Origin: Phyllosticta citribraziliensis
Lineage: Eukaryota
DNA: 64,000 nucleotides
NCBI RefSeq assembly: GCF_038025025.1
Contig: NW_027117355.1
Span: 62,001 to 126,000 of the forward strand
Direction: 5' to 3'
Positions 23,751-34,413 of the stretch are shown in pieces (positions within the stretch are counted from its first letter, which is position 1; every line of letters starts with the position of its first letter). The notes under the pieces were generated by a model, which saw only the letters and a list, made by a program, of their open reading frames with translations, had not been told where the DNA came from and made no database searches. The translations under genes were made by a program, and so were the position numbers.

Positions 23751-25315
23751 TCATACCCTGATCACTCGATGTTGACGCATTAGTTCATGCACTTTGCTCA
23801 CCCGTTCCTTGCAGATACGAGTCTCCTCGTGATCATGACCGTAATTGCAGGTTGAAGTGTTGTTGCATGGCTGCTGGCTCTGCTTGCTCGCGAACTTGAG
23901 CAATTCTGGGCAAGTGAAATTGAAATGTACAAGTCTGTCGTGGTGCTTGCCGTAGTCTCCATGCTTACAATGTCTCTCTGCTGCGTAGTCCCAACATACG
24001 TGTAGGCCGTTGTTGCAAACGTCCCTTGAACGGTCTCGATTGGCGACGTCGAACGGGTTTCCAAATGAGGACGCTGTCGGTAGCTTGCATTTCTGGCCCC
24101 GCAAACTTTTGTAGCAGACAGATGCCATGATCTCGGAGCCATCGTCTACCTCTTCGAAGTCTTCTACTTCCCCGTCACCGTAATCGGCAATGACCGGAAA
24201 GAGGGAGGATTTGTAGTCTATGAAGGGCTGAATTATCTCCCCTTTCTCATTGAGGTGAATCTTCACCGAGTATGGGTCGGTCGGCCTGTATGTTGGAAGG
24301 TCTGTCATGGGCGAAGGGCGCTGATGCGGTGGCACAGTTTCAAAAATGGCGCGGCGTATGGCATCGGGGATATCGGCCAGCGGCAGCGTCTGGGATTCAC
24401 CCATCTCCGTGGGGAAGTCCATGCTGTGATCCATGATCCAGTCGCCGTTTTTCTTGTCGCGGTGTTCGTCAGCAATCCAATGGTAAGAGCGTCGGCATTG
24501 CGACAGCCATTTGCAGCAGTGGTCCTTTGGTTCAACAGCTCGCACAGCGGCAAGGTCGAGTATTGACATTCCAATCTCCATAAGGAACGACTCATCTTTC
24601 TCATACTCCACTGTGCTGACAGATACGAGAATCGGTGGGTTTTGCAAAGTCCATGGGGCAGGCTTTTGTCGCTCGTTATCGCTGATGCCCCTTGCGGCTA
24701 TTTCCAGAAGACAATCAAGCGTGTAGTGAGCCGCCACCCCCGCATTGTCGCCAAATTCGAAGAGCCACTGCGCATTTGTCTGTCGAGTTGGTCTGTATTT
24801 CCTCGTCGTAACGTTGAGGCCCAGCCACTTGGCAAGAGAAGAGAGTGCCATCGAATTGACATCTGCAGCATACTAAGTTTTCATCACTAGGGGACGTGTA
24901 CGCAATGCTACTCACTATCTTGTGGAGCCGAGCGTGACGCCTTCGTCTGAACCAGCTTCTGTGTGTCAAACATGGCAACGACTCCGTTGTGCTCGAAATC
25001 AAAGCCAAGCTTGTGAAGGACAGCGACGTCATTGGTACTCGTATGAGATACCAAAACCACACGACGTCTCCCGGTGGATGTGAAGACTTCGGGCGACGGT
25101 TTCGACCCCGGCGGTGGAAACCCAATCATTTTCAACAGCGAGCGAGGCGTTTCCCGCCTAGTATCAATTTCAATCAGCTGAGATTCCCCTCATGAACAAG
25201 AGGATGACAGGAAGACAATGGCTTACCAGATTATGGTCGCGACCTCATCTTCGGAGAAATTCCGAAACCAGCTTTGCATGGCGACGGACTGTAGCGTATG
25301 ATCCAAAGGCGCCAT
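23751..25315 (-). CDS. Gfd2/YDR514C/QIP-like DEDDh-fold protein, circularly permuted and lacking most catalytic residues, with C-terminal CCCH-type fingers
   Basis: ATG 25315 (MAPLDHTLQ). Introns 25158-25226 (GTAAGC..TAG) and 24863-24915 (GTGAGT..CAG) join three ORF pieces in frame. Motifs RRVVLVSH....D..LGFD..FDTQ, DNAGVAAHYTL and LVSVSTVEYE....MEIGMSILD. Confidence 0.75.
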
Positions 25316-25392
25316 GCCTTCTGCAGTGTGCCTTCATAAATCGTAGAGGTAGACCGAGGAAGGAGGGCCAGAGCTTGTAGGTCGCAGATTGG

Positions 25393-25434
25393 AGGTTGAG
25401 GATCGCAGGTTGAGGATCGCAGGTTGAGGATCGC
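25393..25434. repeat. 14-bp tandem repeat (AGGTTGAGGATCGC)x3 with degenerate flanking copies
   Basis: Read directly. A separate duplication, CGCAGGCGCTACCAT x2, lies at about 25522-25551. Confidence 0.85.
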
Positions 25435-27212
25435 GAGTTGGGGATTGAGGGTCGAAGATCGAAGGTTGGAGGTTAGAGTTGTGCGTCGTGGGTCTTTGGA
25501 AAGAACGGGCGGCGGGCTCCTCGCAGGCGCTACCATCGCAGGCGCTACCATCCATCAGCGACGAAAACATGACGCAAGAGAGAAAGCACCGCCATCTTTT
25601 TGGGGGGTTTATAAACCAAGAACGCGAGTCTTATCCCAAGGACCACGTAGGGCGGCGCGTACTAAGTGAACCATCGGAGCTGGTGTGAAAACCTGGCATG
25701 GCGGTGTGGAAACCTGCCCAACTTTGCAAGCGTCCCAAAGCGCGTTCGATTCGCGTGGTCTGCATTTCCTTTTTGCCTTTTTGGTCCATCTATTGTCTCA
25801 TCACTCACCTCCTCCGTTTCTTTTTCATGGACGCCGCTCCTGTCTGTTGGCGTGGTGAGTGTTGGCCGCCACCTTTTGCTGCAGACGCCTAAGGACTGGG
25901 GAGGTCCGAGAATCCTGTTGGCGTTCATCAACTCTCATCGAAGTTTTGAAAGATCCATTGTGACTGTTTCGTCATCAAGAAGTTGAAGAGCTGAGAGGCT
26001 GCTTGCTGTTTTGGCAGCTAGCCTCGCGTGTCAGCCTACACGCAGAATATTGGAACCCGCTCTCAAACAATGCCGCGGGGCATCTGAAGCTTTCCAGCCG
26101 CTTCTTTGTCCGCTTGGTCGATTCATAAAGGAGGGAACGAGGGTTGAAAAAACTGCCACTTGACGGACCTTTTCTGAGACCTGTTGATGCTGCACTTCGC
26201 TGTCGATCCATGGACTGGAATGCTTCCTGTGCGCTGCCACTACGTCCATCTGGGCGCTTGTCATTGAGCTTGCAATCCACAGCCGCTTGTCTCAAGAGCA
26301 ATCAAACAGCATTTCGCTTGAAAAGCCGAAAAGTCTTTGGAATCAAACTCAAGTCTTCTTTATGGTCCTCATAAATGATCGCACGTGTTCGCCCCTTTTC
26401 TCTTCCATGAGGCTTCTTTGCGCCCAAGGTTGGACCAGAGGATGATGTACTGGGGCCGTGGCGTTGAAGGCGCTTACCGATGCTTACCGATGTAGTATCA
26501 AAATGTCTGCAAAGACGAAAGCACGTGTAGCCGTCGTACATCATGCCTTTGAATGCGGTTGCGCATTTCTAGCGTTGTTGTGGTGTTGAAGCCAACCCCC
26601 AAGGCTCTTTCCGCGGAAGTTGCTCAATGAGAATCAGTCAGGTGTTGATTCGCACGAGAGAAACGCAGCACCAGTCGGCGGCAGTTCATGTTGGCACCAG
26701 ACGTTGAAAGGCGCGGGCGTCGCGTCGTGGCGACGTGCCTGGGTTTGGCACGGTCTTGAGCCCCAAACAAACAGAACCAAGTTTTCAACTCGCCGTCGCT
26801 GCGTCCCAAACTCCTATTCTGCATCCCCCAACCACCTCAGCTCTGCCTCAGCTCCTTCATCGACCAGTTTGTCAATATAGTATATCGGTACGCTCCACAC
26901 GAGAGCCGTCAACATGTTGGGGATGAGTTTGCTGACTTGTGAGCCAGTCAAGACCCGAATTTCTCCGCTGTTTCCGCACCCACGGGGACCACGGTTCTCC
27001 CGCCCAAAGAATGGTTGTTGGAGGACGCGAAATCGCTTTCTACGGTCAGTACAGTCCAACATCCCCAACACTGAGAAAGTTCACTCACCGACGAAGTATA
27101 AATCAAGCCGGTCTCCCGCAGTCAGAGCAGCCCCAAGCTTCATCCTTTCTCTGACTTCGTTGAATACCACTTGTCTATTCTCGGTCATACCCACGCGACC
27201 ACACTCATCGAA

Positions 27213-28550
27213 ATGTCGGTCCCTACCACAAACGAAAGTCAGACCGCAGAGGCTCCCATCCACGAACAAGCGATGGACGCCTGCAAAGTCGGTCCTCCGG
27301 AGGCAGCCTGCCCTCCTCCGCAGTCTCCCGAGAAGAGACCCTTCTCTCTCCTGGGAGACCTGCCAGTCGAGCTCGTCTACCAGGTCATATCGCATCTCCC
27401 AAATGAGGAAAAGGCGTTCCTCTCGCTCACAAACACCGCCTTCCGCGACTACGTCGGCGAGCTCCCTAGCCTAAACAAGGACATCGCGTTCTACCAAAAG
27501 ATGCTCCCCGAATACCCGGCGCTGATGGTCTGCCACGACTGCCACCGCTTCCACCACCGGGACAACAACATCGCGCATCCCTTCAGCAACCCGGAGTGGG
27601 TGGAGCTGAAGGATCCCTGCAGCAGCCAGCGATACTTCCGCAGCTACGGCATCGACATGTTGTTTTTCCAGTTCCAGTTGGCCATGGATAGGCACCTCTT
27701 GACGCCGGCGCATGGCGTCCCTCTCTCGGCGCTTGTCACCTCCCCGGAGCACCGATTCTCGAGACCCTGGCTCCCGACCGGGAACCACCATAAGGTGGAG
27801 GTGGAGCCGCGCATTGTCAACAACGAGGTCGTCATGAAGGCGCGCTTCTCCCTGTGGCGACCGGACGGCGACATGGCGCCCTTTGGGGCAGCTCTCAAGA
27901 CCCAGAAGTTTGACATCTGTCCGCACATGACCTTGGACGATCAGCCGCGGAGGGACGAAGCAGACGAGTTCTCGTCCGAAGGCGGCTTTGGCCAGATCCC
28001 GGAGCTGGCAGAATTCGACTTTGCCGAGTTTGCAAGTCCCGGTCTCGTTGGCAAGGTCAGGGGGTGTCCGTTCTGCTGCACCGATTACCAGACCGTCATC
28101 ACCAACCGCGGCAGCGAAGGGCGCGGCTGGCTCGTCGAGGTTCTCGCGTGGCAGTGCTTCGGCGCGGCAAGAGAACTGCTGGACGACAAGTGGATGGCGT
28201 TGACCGATGAGTGGTGGTTGGAGAAGCCGCATCCCAGGTGGATTGCAGCGCACGAGACCGGCACCGTGAGGGACGCGTTCGAGGGCGCGGAGATGCAGGT
28301 GCCGCCGGAGATGCTCGAGTGCGAAGAGCCGGATTGGAATGCCACGGAGGAATTCGTTTGGGACCAGGTTGAGACGGAGAAGATTGTAGGGGACTGGCTG
28401 TCTGCGGAGGAAGTTGAGGAAGTTGAGGACTCTGGTGACGATTCCTTCTGGGAATCCGACTGGGTATCTGAGGAGTCGGAGGAGGAGTCCGAGGCAGAGT
28501 CCGAAGGAACGTTGGAGGAATCTGAGGAGGATATCGAGAAGGAAGACTGA
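27213..28550 (+). CDS. Fungal F-box protein with acidic tail
   Basis: Intronless. F-box LLGDLPVELVYQVISHLP..KAFLSLTN, plus CHDCHRFH, ICPH, CPFCCTDY and WQCFG motifs and an E-rich C-terminus. TATA-like TATAAAT near 27097. Confidence 0.85.
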   Translation: MSVPTTNESQTAEAPIHEQAMDACKVGPPEAACPPPQSPEKRPFSLLGDLPVELVYQVISHLPNEEKAFLSLTNTAFRDYVGELPSLNKDIAFYQKMLPEYPALMVCHDCHRFHHRDNNIAHPFSNPEWVELKDPCSSQRYFRSYGIDMLFFQFQLAMDRHLLTPAHGVPLSALVTSPEHRFSRPWLPTGNHHKVEVEPRIVNNEVVMKARFSLWRPDGDMAPFGAALKTQKFDICPHMTLDDQPRRDEADEFSSEGGFGQIPELAEFDFAEFASPGLVGKVRGCPFCCTDYQTVITNRGSEGRGWLVEVLAWQCFGAARELLDDKWMALTDEWWLEKPHPRWIAAHETGTVRDAFEGAEMQVPPEMLECEEPDWNATEEFVWDQVETEKIVGDWLSAEEVEEVEDSGDDSFWESDWVSEESEEESEAESEGTLEESEEDIEKED

Positions 28551-30431
28551 GCAGCGCAGAATATTCTTATACCAAAGCAATTCCCAAAGTGTGGCAAAAT
28601 AACCCCATTCTTTCTGGCTTTGCTTCAAATGTTAGCCTTACTTGCAACGTAAATGGAATAGAAATCGATGTAGCTTGCTTCTTCACGGCAAATCTACTGC
28701 TTCAATTGCTGTTGAAAAGTGATGAGTATTTTCCAATGAAAGGGATTTCGATCGATGGGTGTGCATCATATCATGGTTTCCATGCCCGTACGTGAGCAAC
28801 GACAAGATTGCCTTGCAGTGCCACGTAGAGGTTTACCTGACGCGTGAGCTCTCCAGCGTTGCCGCGTGCGTCGAATGCTCCAGGGCCGAGCCTGCGAGGC
28901 AGCTCAAGGACGGCGCGGCGGGGCTTCGAGAGGCCCGTCACGCAGGAAGAGCACGACATGTGCCGCACGACTATGGGCATCTTGCTGTGCGCCATGTGTG
29001 GCGGTTGCAGATGCCTTGCGATAGAATCCGACTAATTGGATCAACATCAGGTTGCGATGAAACTCGTGGAATTGCGACTCTCACAGAGGCTGCAGAAGCT
29101 GGTAAAGGCCAGGATTCCACTACAAGAATTAGTGTGATACAGCATGTAAGAAATAAACCCGACGATAAAAGGGTCCTTCATATAGACCAGGATCAAGACT
29201 GGAGCAAAGTAGCTCGAGAAAAACGACCCTTGGACCTTTCCTTACTGGTCGTGGAGAAGTCGTTCCGGTCAGGTGACGAGACATCCGGTCAATTGATAGC
29301 GCAACCGTTTCCGTCGCATCCATGTCTTGAAGCACGCTGGTCGTCTCTCCGCAAAAGAAAAGTCGCCGCCCCCGCCGCAAGCCGCAAATCCCAGCGAGCG
29401 GGCACGCTTGCGCGCGTTCTGGTCAAAATTCCCCCACCGAGCTAGCTGCGCTCGTGGGGCGAATCCAAGGCGGGTTCGATGCTGACGGGAGGAGCAGTTT
29501 TGAGTTGCTACGGGTCCCCGCGCGCGGTCTCGACCACGGGTCCATCGACCGGCTTTGTTCCTAGGGACGCGCGCGTGCGAGGAGCACCGTTTCGACGTCC
29601 CGACTGCGGTGGACACGTTTGTCCGTGGACGCGGTTTCAGCGCTGGCTGGGATGGGCGTGGGTTGAGAAACAGCACATGCGGGCCGAGAATCGAAACTGG
29701 CGGCTGACGCGGCGACGTCCACCTCACAGAAGAGGAAGAAAACTCATGGAAAGACGCTGGACGCCCGTTTTGGCCATGTCGCCGGTATAGGCGTTACCCA
29801 AATCTCTCACGGCGGACCGGCCCGTGAGGAATTAGGTACGAGGCGGGCGACGAGATCGGGACAGGCGGGAGAGACATACAGAGCGAGAGACATTTTGGCC
29901 GGAGAGCTGAACAGGTGGACGCATAAACAACGCGGTTGAGCACGGCAGCGGGCGTCTCGACAGCCTAGCGTCAGGGAGCGGGTTGGGAGGACATGCGGCG
30001 TGGGATGGTGTTGTGTCGTTGACTCGAGTCGAGATCAAGACAAGTAGCGATCGGCCAGTGCCGGTTCTAGAATGCCTGGCTTGGCCCGTCCGTCTCGCTC
30101 TCGCGCTCCGTCTCCGACACTCCCACTACCGTCAGGTCCTCACCACCTCACCACCATGTCACTCTTTAACTGATTACACCGTCCTTCTTCACGCGCTGCC
30201 GTCCTCGGTGCCAACCTGAGCCGCCTGTGTCCGCCCTCTTGTGCCACTGCGCCGCCGTACGTTACATGTACCTCTCGCTGTGTATCTGTCCGCTGAGGCA
30301 CTGATGGCCCCGCCAGTCTTCGTCTTGCGCCCCGGCCGCCTCCTCTCGCGTCGGCCAGTCTCTTGAACGCCTCTCGTGCCCATGTCTTCAGGTCTTGCTC
30401 TCTCCACCCGGCCCGCTAATCAAGATCCACC

Positions 30432-32106
30432 ATGGCCCAAGTCGACGGCAGCCCCGCTCCGCACCCTGGCCCCAAACGCCAAAAGCAAATGACCATCATT
30501 GCTTGCAAGGGCTGCCAGCGGAGAAAATCAAAGGTATGCAGCTTTCCGCTTCCCTCGGCTCCTCACCGCGCTCACCGTATCTCCAGTGCGATGGGGGCCG
30601 TCCTAGTTGCGAGAGATGCAGCCGTCTGAAAGAGGAATGCAAGTACGACTTTGACAGCACCGTCAGCAGGCAAGACGGCCTGAAGCGGAGGTTGCAAACC
30701 GTGACTGAAAAATCCAATTCTCTCGAAGCCCTTGTGAGTTCATTGCGATCTGCAAGCGATGGTGAGACTGCAGACATTCTCCGTCTGCTTAAAGACGGCG
30801 CCGATGTTTCCGACATTGTCGAGCAAATGGCAAAGCCGTCGTCGAGCAATGACACCAACCTGCCCACTCGAAGAAAACGTCTCAACGCCGCGGATCGGGA
30901 GAACTCCTACCCAACACCCCCTGGAGACGTCATCAGCGAGGACCCGAGCGCTTTGCTTCCCAGGCAATCCATCGAATCAAACCAGCACTCTGTCTATTCC
31001 GAGCCCTTTTCGCGACCTTACAGTAAGCCCGATGAAACCGATGAATCGTGTGCGAGTCCTTCGTCTTCAAAGACTGCATCCTCAATGCGGCTGAAGAATA
31101 ACCGCAAGAAGATGCGTGGTTACGTCGAGGCTTTTGGAAATCTCCCCTTTTCCAGCGCTCTTGTTGCCAATGGCTACTCTACCCAAGTTCAGAGCCATCA
31201 AATGTCAAACTTCCATGTCCCCGTCCATTTTTTGCAGCCACTTTGGGAGACAGACCCCTCGCCCCTCTCTCGGGTGGTTCAAGACTACCGGGATATGGCG
31301 CGTCAAGCGTACTCAAACACGCCACGCGTTGGCGTGCAGACGAGGACCGACGTGACTGCCTTTTTCAGAGACATGACAGTTGAACGAGGCACACAGGTTC
31401 CAACAACGTCAGACTGGGCGTCCGAGATGAACAAAAGTTTCGACGACGTCGATATCTTCGTGCGCCTGGCGTGCTTGTACTTCCAGACTCATCTCATGCT
31501 GGCATGTTTCTCAAAATCTTGTGCGACCTTGGCTAACTTGTTTTTAGTGGATGGTCAACCCCACAGCCGAGACGTATGCTCGTATGCCAGATATGATCAA
31601 GCCCACGCCTTGCCAGATGATGGTGCCGCATATTTCTCCCATTGACACTGTACCTTTGTATGTTTGTCCAGCTGCGGTGACTTGTCGGTACTTCAATGGC
31701 TGACTCTGACCACAGGCCGGGGATGCGCGAAGCGCTTGTTCACAACCTGCGAGACTGGGTTGCCGCTTGCGCCGGCTCTCTTTCTGTCAATTGGCCCCAT
31801 GGACTGGACGCAAGCTTGGAAACGGATCCCCTCACCGGACGACTGTACCTGACGAGAACATTTGAAGAGCACGCCTCGAAGCTCGAGAACTGGTCAGTTG
31901 AAAGCACGTTCCTCGAAATCTTTCCCGAGCTTCGAGACCAAGTGATGGTTTTGGAAAGAGATTCAAGATCAGAGAGTCCACCGGAAAACGCCTTGGGCGT
32001 TGACATTTCGATGCGGGAGCCAGACCCACAATCGCTGCGAGCGACTGTAGCACAAGGAGTGCAAACGTACAAAAAGAATCGACCGAGAAGACCAGGCGAG
32101 GTATGA
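30432..32106 (+). CDS. Zn(II)2Cys6 transcription factor with DUF3425-like C-terminal region
   Basis: ACKGCQRRKSK|CDGGRPSCERCSRLKEEC across intron 30534-30586. A GC-AG intron at 31502-31547 and an intron at 31658-31715. C-terminus KPTPCQMMVPH..IDTVP.PGMREAL..LENWS. Confidence 0.88.
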
Positions 32107-32358
32107 ATGTACTGTGTCCAGCTATAGATAATATCCGGTCCCACAGGCCTTTCAACGACGGAGTCAAAGAAAAAATTCCGTTACCATCCAGACCGTAAAC
32201 ACCGGACACAGTCAGATTTTGTTTGCTGCAGGCAAGCGCATTCGTACAAGGAGCATTCATACCCCTGACTCTTCCAGTTGGTTCCACGCAGACAGATCTG
32301 AAAAGGACCGAATCATGCGCAATCCCGCAACCTCAACCCCACAGCGTCAGGCGTTCTT

Positions 32359-32832
32359 GTGGAGTCTATGGAGCCGACATACCACTGCCGCGTCTCCCAC
32401 CACCTGGAGAACGGCTCCTGCTCCCACGCCCCAAACATGAACCGCGAGAGCCTGCACCGCATGGTCCGCCAGCGCGACCCCAACGGCTTCATCACGCAAA
32501 AGCAGCTCGGCTGGCACGACGACGGCGACGCGTCCTCGCCCACGGTCGTCGGCTGGCAGCTGAATAAGGCGTGGAACGGCGGCTTCTACGAGTGCTTCCT
32601 ATGCCACCGCGAGTTCTGCGCGCCCAACAGCCTGCGCCAGCACCTCGAGTCGCCGGCCCACGCGCGCAAGCTGTACCACTGCCCCAACCGCCGCTGCGGC
32701 AAGGAGTTTGCCGGCCTCGCCATGCTGTTCAACCACCTCGAGAGCGAGAGCTGCAACTTTGTCAAGTTCGATGCCGTGCAGAAGAATGTCAGCGGCATCT
32801 TGACTGGCCAGCGTCTGATTGCCTTTGCGTGA
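32359..32832 (+). pseudogene. C2H2 zinc-finger protein, C-terminal half only (5'-truncated or frameshifted)
   Basis: HHLENGSC..RDPNGFIT..AWNG..YECFLCHREF..LRQHLESPAH..YHCPNRRC..LFNHLESESC. The upstream TTA motif is in a different frame, and only about 250 bp separate this from the preceding gene's stop. Confidence 0.6.
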
Positions 32833-34378
32833 TTGTCGTCTGCGAGGACTTGGCGTTCTGGGATCACTATGGGGCGTCGATCTGGAGAGTGCTGAGGTTG
32901 CCCCTTGTTGCGCCCTTTTTTTTGGGCCGGGCTTCTATGATTGGAGTTGGGGATGATGGACGACACGACGTGAGATGGCATGGGGTCACGGGAACTGCTG
33001 GGCTGGCTATGAGGGCTTCGGAGCAAGGCTGGAATCACGAACAACATAAACTACCTGTCAAAAAAATCAGAATCAAATGGTTACGACCTTTCTTGCCTGC
33101 CTACTTGTTCCTGCTCACCTTTACCTGTCATCCACTTCTCTCTTTCCACCTCATCTTCCTCCCGTCTCTCCCTCAACGCAACGTTCAGCCACTTTCTACA
33201 CTACCGGTACTCAGTCTGACCACACATACTCTCCCACACTCTTCCCACAACACTCAGTCTATTCATTGCGGCCTCCCCTTTGCCCTCCGTCGACTTACTT
33301 CCGTCGCTGCCGTCGCCGCCGTCGCGGATCTCTCGCTTAGCACGCATGTACGCGGGCGGCGGGGGCAGTGGCGATGGTGATACATATATGCCTGGCTGGT
33401 CCTCTCACGCTCGCTGCTGCTGCTGCGGGCGGCTCTTTTGGAGAAGAAAGGTTGAGGACGTTGTGGAGAAGGGCAAGTGGGCGAGGCTACAGCGCCGACG
33501 TAGACGCCAAAGACGGAGCGCGCGTCAATGCTATTTATAGTCATGAGAGAATACCTATACCATGATTGTGTTTCTGTGGAGCTTTCGTAGTGGGGCGTAC
33601 TGCACTGCCTACGTTTACATCGGTATGTGTGTGCAATATTTGAGAAGTGTTGCCGGCAGAGTTGTTTGGATGCACCGTGAGGAACGCAGGTGCTTTTCTG
33701 CTGCTGCGGGGCGCGGACATGGCCATGGTGGAACCAAGATGGACAGCCGGGGGCTTTTGACGAACGCTCCTCGGGTTCGCTCTCTTGTTGATTTCTTCGC
33801 TATCAAATCACCGCAGTCGCTATCAAAAGTACCACGAAATGTCCCCAGCCCGACGAATCTCAGGAGCCAAGCCCAGACCACATGCTCGTCTCCGCCGTTA
33901 CAGAGCATACCTGTCCGCCTCCTGACCGCCCGCCCACCGTACCTCCTACAAGACCTCTTCGCCGCCAAACCCACGCTCCCAAGATCGCTCAAGGGAGTAT
34001 GCATACTCCGACCTCTCCCTACCTGCCTCCCCCATTCCCTTGCTCCCTCATTCATTCACTCACTCATTCATTTGAGGGACCCCCAGAACAGCGGCCAGTG
34101 CGCTCGTCATGCCACGCTGCATAAGGCGCCATCTTTCCCTATACGGCGCCTTGTGCGGGCTTTGGCGTCCTCGAGGCAGGGGGTTGAGCGCCATGTGCAC
34201 GAGCGCCCCGCGCGCAGGCTGAGCTCCCCGCGCGCTGGAGGAGGCGCCCCGCGCGAAAGGCGTGCACAACTGCGTTGTGTAGGCCGGAAAGCCAGGGGAA
34301 GGTGGGTTGGCCAGCAGGGCAGGGGAGGGTACGACTCGTTGTGCGCAGCACAGCGCACTGGGGACACAGCAGGCAGGT

Positions 34379-34413
<35 letters not shown>

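Noticed and set aside
25393..25434. Short direct repeats as a CRISPR-like array
   Set aside because: Eukaryotic context and no spacers; this is a simple minisatellite.
33200..33347. Minus-strand ATGCGTGCTAAG (MRAK) resembling the start of ribosomal protein eL41
   Set aside because: No splice donor follows, and there is no downstream WRKKR exon.
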